DNA from: Balanoglossus misakiensis
Lineage: Eukaryota; Animalia; Hemichordata
Direction of reading: 5' to 3'
Assembly (NCBI GenBank): GCA_040954595.2
Contig: CM082576.2
Span: 14,325,129-14,389,128 of the forward strand
DNA: 64,000 bases
A program made the translations under genes and the position numbers. This document shows, one piece after another, positions 14,829-27,941 of the stretch. Position 1 is the stretch's first letter. Every line of letters starts with the position of its first letter. Below the pieces are notes generated by a model. The model was not told the DNA's origin. It did no database searches and saw nothing but the letters and a program-made list of their open reading frames with translations.

Positions 14829-16363
14829 GGGCGACAGAAACGGGAAATTATTAAATCAATACCGAATCGTCATTCATTTAAGCCCCACTCCTGTTCTGGT
14901 AGTTCTGTATTCCAAACTTCGAAGATGTGTTTTGGAATTCCATTTTTAAGCCACATTTCTTTCGACAAATTGAGGCGCTTACGCGTATATTCAAAATTAT
15001 GAAAGACAGATCATGTGACCATAGACCCCCATCCGCAATGTCAAAGAAGTGATCCCTGATAAAATGTGTTGGCGCTCATATAGTTTCGTGACACAAACAT
15101 GGGCACATCACTTGAAACGTATATCCTCGCGTTGACCACAGCCATATTTAACTTGGAAGATTGTATTTATTCATATATTAGACTGTTCGTTGTGTATAGA
15201 TGTACGTCCATCTTCAATGTTTGAAAACTTCACTGTAATGAGCTTCAACTGATTTCAACCCATCATATAGAAAAAAAGATGCAGAGGCTTATGCATCCTT
15301 TACGAACAAAATTTATAACAAAACAAAATCACGTGTTACGTTTGCTGCAAGGCGTGATTTTATTAAGTATATTCGTCATGTCTTATCACAAAAGTATTAT
15401 AACACATTTTTTTCATTTCTTTAAAAACTCCGTTATTTTATTGTTACATGAAAACAGTAAAATATAAAAAATGTTTCTAAGTATGTAGTCAATGACCTAT
15501 GAAAGTTACAATCTTCTTTTTTGGCAGTAATGCTGTATACTTAGTTTCAATGTACTTCAACTTTTTCTATTTCGCTGGCATTTGTGTAGCATAATCATTT
15601 CGTTCGCAGTACTTTAAATTTTAGTGAATTTTAAACTGGCAAGTTTCGTCATTTTGTCACAAGTAAATTGAAGCGTCTTTTATACACAACTATAATATTA
15701 GCGTTAAATCATATTCACAAAGGGGCATCGTATAGGCATTATGTACATGTCCATGTTAATATAAATAAAAAATATTAAAAATATAAATCACTGAAAAAGT
15801 ATGTAAACAAATGAAATCAAAATTATGCAAAATTTAGGCCTATATTATAATAATTTACTATTACAAAAGCTTGGCAGTTTAAAACTTACTTATAACACTC
15901 TCCCATTATGCTGCGTTTTGTACATTGAAATTTTGTTGTGTCTTTCGTGTTAAAAATGTGATAAGGCCTAAAGAGGAGAATGAATAGTCTCTTTTAGCAA
16001 CACAAGTAAATACTCTGCTACAAAAATAGAACGAATTGCAGATTTATAACCTACTTTTTTAAAAATCTTTAACGTTTCCGCCAAATGAGCAAAAACCAAG
16101 GTAATTGATCGATTGTTTGTTGTTGGTACGCAAAACACGAAAACACGAAAAGTGCGTGGGCCACGGGAATATAACTGTTCTCTGAAATGTTTTTTTTTTG
16201 CATTACAAAAAAGTAGGAAAATAATTGGTCGGTTTTTTAAAGCACATAACACACACTGACAATAGTAACTCTAAAACTCATCACACGTATGCGTTATTTC
16301 TATTGCGCGTTGATATTCCAGAGTAATGTCTTTTCATCGTGTTCACTTTCCGAACTGCGTGTA

Positions 16364-19300
16364 CTAAACACGCGGTGACCTGAACTTCGCACTCTCTTGC
16401 TCGTTGTCTATTTCCTCCAGTGGCAATTTCTTGTCCGTCGCCTCGCCCTCGACGTCTCCGTCGTCGGCGGGAGCCACGCTGCTCTGTTGCGTCGGGTCGT
16501 CGGCCAGAATCACTATCAGCCGGTAACCCTGCAGCAACAACATGACCGAGTTCTTGCACGTGAAGAAAATCATCATCTGGTTGACAACCCTGTAGCGTAT
16601 TAACAGCAGCAGCCTCACCACCAAAAATGGAGCGTCCTGCATGAGTGACGTGATGAGAATGCCCCTGATTTCCGTGTTCATTTTGCAGCACCCCTGCTTA
16701 GCAGACTTCTTCGTCTCCTTTGCACTTTTCGCCGTCAGCACCATGGCAAACTGGGTCATGCTCACGGCCCAGATACTCAGAATGAGGTACACCAGAGTGA
16801 CGTTACATTTCACTTCGGGTTCCTTCAGGCCTTCGAGTACGAACTCGAGCATGTCCGACGCCATGCCGATGTACACCAGGAGCAACGTCGACAGCTGCTC
16901 GCGTGACATGTCTCCCTTGGGTAGGAACCAGCGGCCGACGATCACAATACAAAACAGGAATTGCTCCAGTGCGAGAACCCAATAGTCGTCTGTCAGTGAT
17001 ATTGGTACGGAAACCTAAATGACAAAAACGCGAGAAACTGTTTTCAAACGGATCGAATTCAAAAGCGGGGAATCTTCAATGCTTCAGAACTCGTCAGCAC
17101 TGTGTAAACTTAAAGCCTCTGTAGCTGCCAAATTTCACGTATTTTTCCACAGTAAACACTTCAAATATATTCCCTGTCCTTTAAAATCCTCACCATTAAG
17201 CCATATTACTTGTAATTACATCAGTTTGTCATCTCTTAGCGATGCATACCACGATAGCTAGGTACTGTTTGTATGGAGTCTGATTAAATGGGTGCGGTAC
17301 CCGATTAATATATAGCGTGTTTAAATTGCCATGCACATACAGCCACAATCGGGCGTCGATGAGATGTTCATGTATATACCTATCAGTAAGCTTATTCGAA
17401 TGTACAATCTAAGTTGGAAAATAAAATAATGAAAATAATGCAAAAAGTGGCAGCTCTAGAGGCTTTAAACGTCAACGGTGAACTGCGTCCGGGCCGTCTT
17501 TGATTATCTTAAAGAGATACTTACGCCTTGTACAGATAACCCGGACGTATTCGCGTGCACATCACCGCTGTCTATGTTGCAAGAATCTAACCCATTCGTC
17601 TCTTTGTAATCTATGCGTTGATTCATCAATTCTACTTCCAAGAGATAAATTGACGACACGGCAGTACACAAATACAGGAATATACTTGGGCAAAACCTGA
17701 AACCGTGAAAAAGGAGAAATTAGATTGAAAGTAACGACTCGACTCGTGTCAAAGACCACTGCTCTGCGGTTAAAATTCACGCAAACAATAAAATAAAAAG
17801 ACGACAGTAGGTTTGATCCGAAGAAAAACAGAAGTAATTTTGACGAAACGAGCACATACATGTATTTAGTCACAGAAAGCGCATTTAGGAACTGGTAGTA
17901 TTTAAATGAACTTATTGAGCCAAACTGTGTGTGACCCACCATAGTTGTTTTCGAGTGCTTTCCCTTCGGTATAGACTAATAGCCCCGTTTGTTGTATTCT
18001 TTGCATGCATGCTTTTCCGTCTGTCTGTGTCTCCGCCTGTCTGTCTGTCTGTCTGTCTGTCTGTGAGTCTGTCTGTCTGACTGACCAATGATTGCATAAT
18101 TCTCATCAATGACGCAATAAAATACGTCCATCGCAGCCTTAGATGACAGTAGACTAGATAATGATTGTTGACTCTGAGAAGGCAGAGCAACATAAACTTA
18201 TACGCATTACATGTATAACAAGAATAATGTCAGAATTAAAACCAGCGATCGACTTTTCCGGAATCCTGCAAACAAGGAGACTAACATTTCAAGGACTACT
18301 GGTAAACATACAATAGGATGTCGAGATTTGGATTTCCTCTACTGAAAGGGTCCTTCGAACAATGTTTGCTAAAAAGATTTAACCTATTTTAAAAATAGTG
18401 GATTTACTTTTAGTCGATAGAAAAACTTTTAATCGATAGAAAGACAAGACATGGGACCGATTTGAAGGTGAACAAAATAACATTGCGACACACACACAAT
18501 CTCTCGCTATATACCTCAACTTGCAATGAGCAATGTAATGAGAAACTTTCATCGAATAACTTTCTTGGTCAAATCATCGTTGCTATTGGGTGTTTCATAA
18601 TTAGGAATGGTTTAATAGTTTAACACACGTGGTATTTCAATACGAATAGTCACAAGTCATGGATGAGGCTTCCGATCAGTGCTTGTATAATCATGACTAA
18701 ACAAGGTCATCGTGAGGTATACTGAGAAACTGATCGCAACCACAGAGAAAGCCCCAACCAAGCAGGTCATATTCATGGTCTGAGTCGAGCATTGAGTCGT
18801 TGCATGCATATGCTTTATTTTGCGATGAAAGAACCCTGTGGTGAATTCAGAATGGACGTGGGTGAACGACCCATCTGGGTTGCGTAACGGGTATAGCCCT
18901 CGTGTATACGCTAAACGAGGGGAGCTCTTCTGTCTCGGTTGTAATCACCTGCATTATCTCACACCCACACGTCAATGGCCGGCTGGTCTTTTGTATAAGG
19001 GGCTTGAAAACATTCATGGCAAATTCATTGAAAGTTTCGAGCCCTGAAGGCTGCTCATCCTTTGTGCAATTGGAACGTCTTTGGCTGTTAAGAGCAACAT
19101 CATTCAGTCCGGCCGACCAAAAGAAAAGCTCTGTGATAATTCTTTTCATTTACTATAGTAAGTCCCAGAAATGATTTGTTAGACCATACTCTCAGTGCTG
19201 CTACACTGCATTTTGACTCCATTGTTGTTGTTTTTAGAATAAGACGGAGTGAGTTACGTCACGACGGCTGAGAAGTGCGTCATGGCAAGTCTTACTTATT

Positions 19301-20093
19301 TCTGCGAAACTGATGGTTCAAACACAAATTAAATCGGTTTATTTGCACAATCTACTCCATTTCTTCAAAAGAATATACAGACTCGCAACTTCCACACACT
19401 GTAATTCCTTGCACTGATTAGGGTTGAGGAACTGCAATGCTTAGTTTAACTCGCATGCGTCCCATTTCTGCATTTTAGGAATAGTCATCTCACCCACAAC
19501 AAGATCAGATAGGAAATGTTTTCAGGTATTCGGGTGGACGTGGAGCTGTACTTGCAATGTGTATGCTGTTGATTGAACTAATTTACAAGTCTGTCCTCTA
19601 GAGGGAAATATATATTGGAGCAAATACGGCATCTTGTGTTAAGTTCATAGTTGATGAAAATATCGAATAAAGATTTGTCGCAAATGCGAATCCTGAACGT
19701 TTATCTAAAGATTAAAAAAATATCCCGTTTGAAATCAAACACCACCGGGGCCCGCCCTACTCCGTCACGTATCTGTCTTAGTACTCTGTCGTTGTTCTTA
19801 ATGAAATTAAGTGACGATAACAAATCCTTGTAAAAATTGGTTTGTGTCGTTTGTTTCTTCATTTCTTTAGTACATCTTCACAGAAGTCTTACATACCATT
19901 TCCACTCGCCTTTGGTTTTCTTCGCCAGCATGGTGATAACCATTTCTATCGGCAAAAGTCCGATGGGCGCCACCGCGACCCAGTAAAGCAGCTCGTCTTT
20001 GACTTCCGTCAGTCTCCAAGCGCACAGAAGTCCGTGGGAGATGTACAGAAGTCTTGCGAAGACTCCCTTCAGGATGATGGCGACCGACGGCAT
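16364..20093 (-). CDS. TMEM26: TMEM26-like multi-pass membrane protein, paralog 2 (3 exons, ~339 aa)
   Basis: Exons 20093-19897 (MPSVAIILKGVFARLLYISHG...KGEWKW; donor GTATGT), 17696-17525 (FCPSIFLYLCTAVSSIYLLEVEL...; CAG / GTAAGT; absent from the ORF track) and 17014-16364 (VSVPISLTDDYW...GRWFLPKG...QDAPFLVVRL...FFTCKN). 197+172+651 nt, in frame; intron positions and phases identical to paralog 1. Confidence 0.9.
17114..17464. mobile_element. TTAA-flanked MITE (Kolobok-like)
   Basis: TTAA at 17110-17113 and 17465-17468; TIR AGCCTCTGTAGCTGCCA ... TGGCAGCTCTAGAGGCT (15/17). Confidence 0.7.
18018..18083. repeat. (GTCT)n imperfect microsatellite
   Basis: Directly visible. Confidence 0.85.
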
Positions 20094-20639
20094 CTTGAAT
20101 TCCCCGCTGAATATACGACCGAGTATGCGGAACGAGGGACCACTGAGGATTTCGATTATTGGCTCTTGCACAGTAGCACTTGCGCGCGCGCTCCCCTTTG
20201 TCGCTCAGTTTGTCTTGTGGCAACCAACTGACCAAGTGGGCTCTGAAAGTCAAATTTATCCCACAAAACGCACTGTTTGTTTTGGAGACGCCGCGGAAAC
20301 AATTCACTAATTTAAAAAAACACGTCAGACATTAGGATCCTAAATATTGACCCGCTGTCGAAATACCGGAGAATCATTCAACGGGAATTGTTCTATTAAT
20401 GTACTGATTATTCAATATGCAAATGTGCCCATAATGAGGCATTGGTTGGAAGTCAAGTCTCTTTCATTGGGGTTGTTTTTAAAGTGACGTCAGCAAGACT
20501 GCGCCGCGTACTTACTGTACGAACTACATGTATACTATTCAGTGAAGTCGTAACATCAGTTTTATTGAGAACATTGTCTCGATTAAAATTGCCTGACGCA
20601 CTTTCCGGATTACGTATCACTTTTGTGTTGTTGACATAG

Positions 20640-20760
20640 GTAAAAAGAACAGGAGCATGTTTTAGAATTGTTGTTCTTTACGCTGGCCTGCTTTAGACTA
20701 GAATATACCTCTGTCATTTGGAGTCGTATTAGTAAACACCAGTCTGAAAAAGTGTGAAAA
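20640..20760 (+). mobile_element. Decayed CR1/L2-type LINE ORF2 fragment
   Basis: Translation LLFFTLACFRLEYTSVIWSRISKHQSEKV resembles the post-RT motif LYxxLVRPxLEYAxxVWSP; short and degenerate. Confidence 0.3.
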
Positions 20761-22389
20761 TGTGTTTTTTATAACATTTTCCCCACAAAAGAACTATACA
20801 TGTATACTGGTTTCTTTACTGGTGACTTTATTTGTGGAATCATATTCTCTAAAAAACAGGAAAATGTTTGATAATGTATACATATGTCCCCCAAGTTTAA
20901 TACGTGACAGCTTCCTTTTGGTCTGCATATGTTGTTTCGAGTCCCTTGTGGTAGGGACACTTTTGGTCGTGACGCCGTGTTTTCAACACAATCCTTGGAC
21001 ACAGTCCTTTGTCGGCACAGAGGGACCGTGACGTCAGGTGACGTCACTGGTGACAGATAATCTTTGAAGTGAATTGCATTTGAATCGTCAAGTATTCAAA
21101 GCGACATTGCTGCAGTGAACGGACACTTTTCGTGGACAGTAACGAGGGTGCTCTCGACGATATCGACAGGCGTGCGAGGGCGCTGTTCACAGCGGACGAC
21201 TACTCTGGACGGCAGAAGTGGAAATGACCATACAGTATGTAAGCAATACATAAAAGCCCAAACATTACCGATTGAAATTTGATGGCCACTGGAGATGACA
21301 TGAATGACCAGAATGCGATCGCCATCGCGGCGATAACCATTTGGTGTAAAGGTATATTAGTTTTCTCAGTCGAAGCCAATACAGTATAACAATGTGATAC
21401 AATCTCAGAAATTGGATTCCCTATTTACCTATTTCCTCCCTTATAACAATAAATCGTACTCGTGTGTGGAAGTAGCGTTGTATTTGATCAGATCTTATAT
21501 GAGTACTGAAGAATGAACTTTGCCATACATCAATAGGGGCATCTGCACATGTACAGGCGACGTACAAGCTAATACTAACTGACGCGACGTCTGTGCTACC
21601 AGAAATTATACCAAAGCCATATTATATATTCACCTATGATTTTCAATTGTATTCATGGCAGGCAGATACAGCCTGTATTACATGAAGTCATTTCAGCTCT
21701 TTTTTGTTGTTGTCAGGTACCACGTGACATTCAAGGACTGGGTCACACTGCATAGTAACCGACTGTGTACTATCAAGTACATAACAAGAACGTCAAGAAA
21801 GTACTACAGGTATATATGTCTGTTGCTGCCAGGAGACACTCTTCAGAAAATAAATCAAGACGAATTTGTCGAGAGATGTACCAGACTGAAAGACGTCAAC
21901 GGGTGTGGTTATGGTGGGAAAAGGTCAAGTCAATTGTGAGAAATGGGCGACATATTGTAAAAATGAGTAATATCCATTGCAATCAGTAGCATGATCATAT
22001 TTTTATTATTTCAGAATTGTCATCTTCACTGATTGACCTTTATGCTGAGTAAAATATGAATAATATTAATTTATATTATTCGCACCGAGTATATAAGGCC
22101 AAGTAGTCGCTCTTGAACAACACACTGTTGTCGGAGCTGGTACCACGAATACATGTATATAAGGTAAGTTGTCGAGTCGTGCCGAAATGTCGTGACAGTC
22201 TTTTGCGTTCTCTCTGTAGGCCTAAAAGCTTCATTTCCATGTAGAAATCTCGCTGACACTGACTGTTACCTATTGAACTGTTGATACACAGCATCAAAAA
22301 CAGTTGAACTCTATTGTTTCTACTGCAGGCCTTATAACGCATTTCCAATATTAATCAAAATCGAAAAGATATTTAAACGACTGATGGTG

Positions 22390-22680
22390 ATATTTCGAAA
22401 TGTAAATTGGAAATGTAAATTTAAAATGAAGGTGTTAGAAAAGCATGTCAGAAGACTATAGTATCAAAAGCGAAATTTCGGATACTTGCGCCTGTAACGC
22501 CTTTTCGTTTAAAATGTTTGATTCAAAACGATATTAAGTTCAAAATACTGATAGGGAAGATGGAGATTGGAAATATAAATTTGAAATGAAGGCGTCAAAT
22601 ACAAAATGTAAGTATGTTAGGAGACTATAGTAGGCAAGTCATACGTGTCAAAGCTAAATTTCGGATACCTGCGCCAGAAA
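22390..22680. repeat. Imperfect local direct duplication (~110-bp units)
   Basis: GAAATGTAAATTT-AAATGAAGG...AGACTATAGTA...AAATTTCGGATAC-TGCGCC occurs at ~22410-22492 and ~22570-22675. Confidence 0.6.
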
Positions 22681-24540
22681 TACAGCAAATTTTATTGTTG
22701 TCATATTAGCCGACCTTCCAAGCCCAAAGTTGCAATTTTCACGGTACTCTGTGCTTTCTCTGTATTGCATTTTATTTGGAAAATCGTGATTTTATTTATG
22801 TAATTAATGTCTAGTTTGACGTCGTCATTTGTAATCCTAACATTTCGTTTGACTTGATTACAGTAAAAAAAATATGTTTTTTTTTTCTAAATCACAGAAA
22901 AATGATTGCGAAAACAATCTCAATTATAACCTGATATTTAATTATATTCCTTTCTTATGAAGAATCTTGTCATACGAAGTTTGTGAATCATGAGGTGAAA
23001 GATTGCCGGAAAAGACAATTTGATGCCCTTCTCAATGCCCCCAAACGGACCATGACCGTGACACACATGGCCAATCAAAGCAAAGTGCGTAGCCATAATA
23101 GCTCTCCTAACCTTGGAGTTCATCTTTAATTTTTTAACAATTTTTTAAACATTAATTAGACTTACAGAAGAAAATAAAACTCAAAAGGCAATGGGTTAAC
23201 GTGCTTTTGCGGCGCCTCTCATATCATATCGAATCGGACTTGTCTATATATCGAAGAACTTTTCCGATGAAACAAAAGAAACTGACAATACCATCAACAG
23301 GTGGCGTTTTAAGCCATGTTAGGCGCATTATGGGCACGGCTGATTGAAATGACAGTTTATTGTGGTGGGATGGACGAAGTGTAACGCAAATTCTGTATGA
23401 GAATTACCCGTCCATCTTGTACTCACGATCGAGTGGCGAAAAATTAATATCAACACTGTGATGAGCACGGTTGTCTGATAAATGTGATTAAACACTTGAT
23501 TTTCCTCTGCTTAAAAGAAAGAAGTCGATGTCAGTGGACTTGCTAACAGATTTAATCAGTCATGGTGTTTTTCTCGGTGTCTTTTTTAATACCTGCACAG
23601 TATCGATCATTTCGTGTCACTATGCGCGTTTGCGCACAGTGTTCGCATCCCACATTCTGTGCTTCGTGCAATGTGCTTTATGCGCGACGTCACCGACAGA
23701 AACCAGTGTTTGATATCGCCCCGCTTTTCTTCGTCTCTGCCTGCATTACTCCGCACTTGCGTGCAGGGTCGTGCACCTGCTGACACGAGAACAAGGTATA
23801 CAGCTAGCGTATGTGTTTGTCTCCCACACTGACTACAGTATTTGTTTAGTTCTGACAAGCACGGGTTTGTAAATCGCTGTCTGGCCATGAAAAGACACGA
23901 ACTGGGAGATTTATGTGTTCTATATGAGACCAGCCTAATAAATGTATCACTGTCCGCGAGCGTATGTCGTCAACCGCCCTGAGGTCACCGGAGGTTCATC
24001 TCCCGCCCCGAAACAACACCCACTTATACATATGCACTCAAAATCGGGTTGTGTCGCGCCTATGCTCTATCCCAGTACAGAGAACATGGAATTCTTTGAT
24101 TCAAATATCATTGCCCTGGTACACTGAGGCGTATGCGCGCAGATTCCGCACGTAGTCTATGAAATCCCGAACAGGTGTCATTGTATCATTTTTTCGGCAC
24201 CACCGATGTGAACTTTGAATGAAGATGAGATCACAGAACCTGAAAATTTATATTTGTTTCACTCCAAAGCCATCTCTAAAATCAAAATACCAAAAGTTTT
24301 GCAGTGATCAAAATCACGAACTTGGCAAGTAGAGTCTACCCAAGTATTTTATTCGTGTTTTTCAATGTCCAGAACACCTGAAACGTGTTGCGCAGGCGCT
24401 GTCCGGCGTTTGAGGTGCATGCTGTACTGGTGGAAATTATTCGTGAAGCTATTGACCGCACGGTCGTTGGATTAACTAGACGTCGTCTGTGACACACACC
24501 CTTCTGTGTTTGACAAGAAACATGATAGTGCGCTCGAATT

Positions 24541-24676
24541 GAATGAATGAATGAATGAATGAATGAATGAATGAATGAATGAATGAATGAATGAATGAAT
24601 GAATGAATGAATGAATGAATGAATGAATGAATGAATGAATGAATGAATGAATGAATGAATGAATGAATGAATGAAT
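24541..24676. repeat. (GAAT)n microsatellite, 34 units
   Basis: Perfect tetranucleotide array. Confidence 0.98.
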
Positions 24677-25203
24677 GGTGGGTGTATGGATGGATGGATA
24701 GAGGGAGGGATGGATGAAGGGAGAGGGGGGGGGGCGATTGATTGATGAAGGAACGAAGGAAGGAATGTTCAGTTTCATAGGTAAGAAATTCTAATTACAG
24801 CAATTTCATCTAATCGCTAGTTGCAGTGCATGGAAATCCCTTTCGCAGCGAACGAAAGCGCTCAATTTCGCGTCACATTTACAGATTCCCGGGAATATAG
24901 GGCAGGTGCATATCGGTGTAGGGTTGGGATATAATAAATCTAAGATCCGAGTTAGAGTACAATGCAACAGAAATTTATTTTTATACAAAATTTTGAGAAC
25001 AAAACAGCGCAAATTAATAATATTGACAATTTCAAGCATCGTGCAGCAAAATTTGAATTAATGCAATATCGATTAGAGTAGAGAAAATATTTTGAACAGT
25101 CTTTACAGAGTTCTGCACGGTCATCGGTTTCTGCATTTTCACTTCTTGTTCCCGCTTCCAGTCCCCTTTCACTTCTGGTCGTCAACTTCGTCTCTGTCGT
25201 CAA

Positions 25204-25605
25204 TTAACTCCTCTTGAAGTAGCGCTTACCGACCACTCCGACACCGTCCTTGCTGAGGGATAACACCATCTCGTCTCCGTTGACTTCGCGTGTCTCCACC
25301 ACGGTACCCGCCTCGACTCCCTTGATGATCAGCTTGTTGCCCTCGATGCTTGCGACGGCCTGCCTCTCCTTGCCGAGGGCGGCGAATGTCTCCTTGAACG
25401 GCTCGCCGGGCTTGAACCTCTGCTCCACCACGTTGCCCTTCGCCCCGGTGATCTTGATGACGAAGCAGTCTCCATCTTTGGCGCACTCCAGTGACGTCTG
25501 CGCCTGGGCGGCGTTCTCTGCCTTGTCTGCCGGTGCCCCTGCAGCTAGCATGAACTCTTTGACGTTCTCGCTCTTGACGAAGCTCCACTTGCCGGCGAAA
25601 GCCAT
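25204..25605 (-). CDS. Fatty acid-binding protein (iLBP/FABP family), intronless, 133 aa, paralog 1
   Basis: MAFAGKWSFVKSENVKEFMLAAG... N-terminal GxW...SEN.xEFxxAxG signature, central FKPGEPFKE, C-terminal ETRE...KRYFKR; typical FABP length; GC-rich codons. ATG at 25605 rather than the ORF-track start. Confidence 0.9.
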   Translation of the reverse strand: MAFAGKWSFVKSENVKEFMLAAGAPADKAENAAQAQTSLECAKDGDCFVIKITGAKGNVVEQRFKPGEPFKETFAALGKERQAVASIEGNKLIIKGVEAGTVVETREVNGDEMVLSLSKDGVGVVGKRYFKRS

Positions 25606-25721
25606 GTTCGATAGGTTGGTTGGTTGGTTGTTCGGTGAGGATTCGAAAGTGATGCTAACTGCCTGGTGCTTGCTTGCGAAGTGAAGTTCCAGAGTCTCGC
25701 CCGGCCTAAATAATACTTGGT

Positions 25722-25729
25722 ATGCAAAT
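25722..25729 (-). promoter_or_regulatory. Octamer (POU) motif ATTTGCAT upstream of FABP paralog 1
   Basis: Followed on the minus strand by TATTTAGG and an Inr-like TCACTT ~40 nt downstream; similar layout upstream of paralog 2. Confidence 0.4.
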
Positions 25730-27941
25730 GAGGTGAAACCATTCTCAAGTAAAGGTCGTTCATTGGAGTGCAGAAACATGCGCAAAATTAGAAAGTATCT
25801 ACCACTAAGTAACTTTAGATTTGTAGTAGCGTACACGTCAGTATTTAGAGATGAACCCGCCTCAAACGGGGTGAGCAGCTGACGAATCTTCGCTTTCTTA
25901 ATTATTAATACCGCTTACTTTACCCTACTTGGAAGTGGTACGACCAAATTAATATGGCATCAGCAATACATTCTATGGTGTGGATTTTGTCGTTCTTTCT
26001 TAAGATTTTTAATACGATATCATATTTATTTTGCATGATTTAGTAGGCCTTTTTGGGCGTATTTGGGCTAGCATTAATAAAACCTGTCACACTGCAATGA
26101 ATGGGCGAACTTTTACACACTTGTCCACGTAAGTAAATATTAGACCAAAATTCCGTTAGTTTCAGTCATGAAAGACAAACACATCACACCTATATACATG
26201 TATACATGTTTGTACTTTGAATTATCCATATAATGTTTATCCCCACCACGGTCATGGTCACACCATGTCACTCGTTTGATTTAATCCATATTCTCTTTTA
26301 TTTCCAGTTTAATCAATTTCGCCCGTCAATATCGTTGAACCGGATTCACGGGCTCTCCACAACATCGGCATAAATAAACACCTGTAACCACAGCAGTCGC
26401 ACTTCAGCGGGAATCCCTCTCAATGACCGGGCAAAGACACTTCACGCAGACCAATAAACAACGACGGATTCTGTTTTTGTACCGAGTAGACAGGCCAATA
26501 AAAGAATGGTAGTTTATCTGATGAAGGGGAACGACTTTTGCACCAGGAGTGTGAGTCATATATTTCATGACATGATGACAATAAGTGACCTTTATGACGA
26601 ATTTACGTTGTGCCGGTACTTAGCAGAATCGAGTGTGGAACGATCACACACGCGCGGTATTGTATATTCTTTGTAGTTATTAAATCAGATTAAAAGCATA
26701 GCCCCACTATTATTACCAATTTGAAACATATTAAACAGAAAATATCTGTAGAATTCCAACTCGTTGTTCAACATATTCTATGTTCCAAGTGCCATTCGGT
26801 TGATGAGGTGATTTCTCTGGCGGTATCACTCAGGACCGAGCCACAATTCTTGATGATGGATGTCTTTGAATCGCAGAGTTTTGTTGAGGAATGTCGGTGA
26901 AAAGTCACGCCGACAGATGAAACGTGTGCAGACACTTTTTTAAAAAATCACAATGGCTTCTTTCAGCAGACGTGTAATTCTTTAAAAAAAACTGTCACAA
27001 ATGTAATTGATTATTGAACTCTGTACAAAGTGACGCTAAACCTTGCGGTAACCATGCTTTGAATGTGTCTGGGTGAATTTGACAGAGGTTACACATTGGG
27101 AGTGGCGAAGGTGAGTAATTCGTGTTAAATTTCGGCCCAAAATGAAGAACCAATTTATACGTGTTTCCTCGTCGCGACAGTCGGCCTCCGTCTGAGCCCT
27201 TATTGAATGCTAAGAACACAGCCGTGAAAGTATGAGCCATTACAGCGCACCTTGTTTTGTAGCCATTAGAACACTCTCCCCCGGCCGATATAGTATTCTC
27301 TCGCTTCCTTCTTATAATACATGTTAATTTGGTTCAGCCCGAAATCGACAAGAGAAATATAATTTATCGGAAGGAAATTACGGCTTCTGTCAGCAAAGTG
27401 CCATCCTCACTTCACTATGAACTGCCTTCTCATATTTTACCTCAAGACAAAAGATACGGCTGGTCCTAAAAGCTAAATATCCAGATGCTGAGGTCATTTA
27501 AAATCAAAATAATTATCTGAGTTTTGAACAAACATCAAATTAATGCCCGGTGATTATTCCGAAACCATAATTACGTATGCTATGTGCCTGCCAAGGGAGC
27601 TATATTTTCCGTATCCATTACTGTGTGTTACAGCAATGATCGAGAGTAAACAAATCGCTGAGGTGACGTTCCTGAAAATTCAAAATTATAATTCAATGCA
27701 TGGAGCATAACAGGAACCTTTGCCGTACATATTCCACTGAAGTGACCACATTTTAATAACATCATGTCTGTAGATTATATGCAAATTGCATTTTTTACTC
27801 GTAAAATGTACAGGAATTGAACTCATGACAATCGACTGGTATTTAGCCCTGGAAAATGCATATCGATCCGCACGGACTATGTAATAACACAATTGCCGTC
27901 GTTATCCATATTCACGGGCCATGAATTCACTCCAACGACCG

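Noticed and set aside
18838-19174. 100-aa ORF in intron 1 of TMEM26 paralog 2
   Set aside because: No recognisable homology or convincing splice boundaries; no counterpart in paralog 1.
23964-24155. Possible CR1-type ORF2 end (..SIPVQRTWNSL)
   Set aside because: Similarity rests on a few residues; too weak to call without a profile search.
25606-25836. N-terminal extensions of the FABP ORFs (also 61259-61426)
   Set aside because: Non-ATG starts, not conserved between paralogs, and they overlap the putative promoters; FABP homology begins at MAF.
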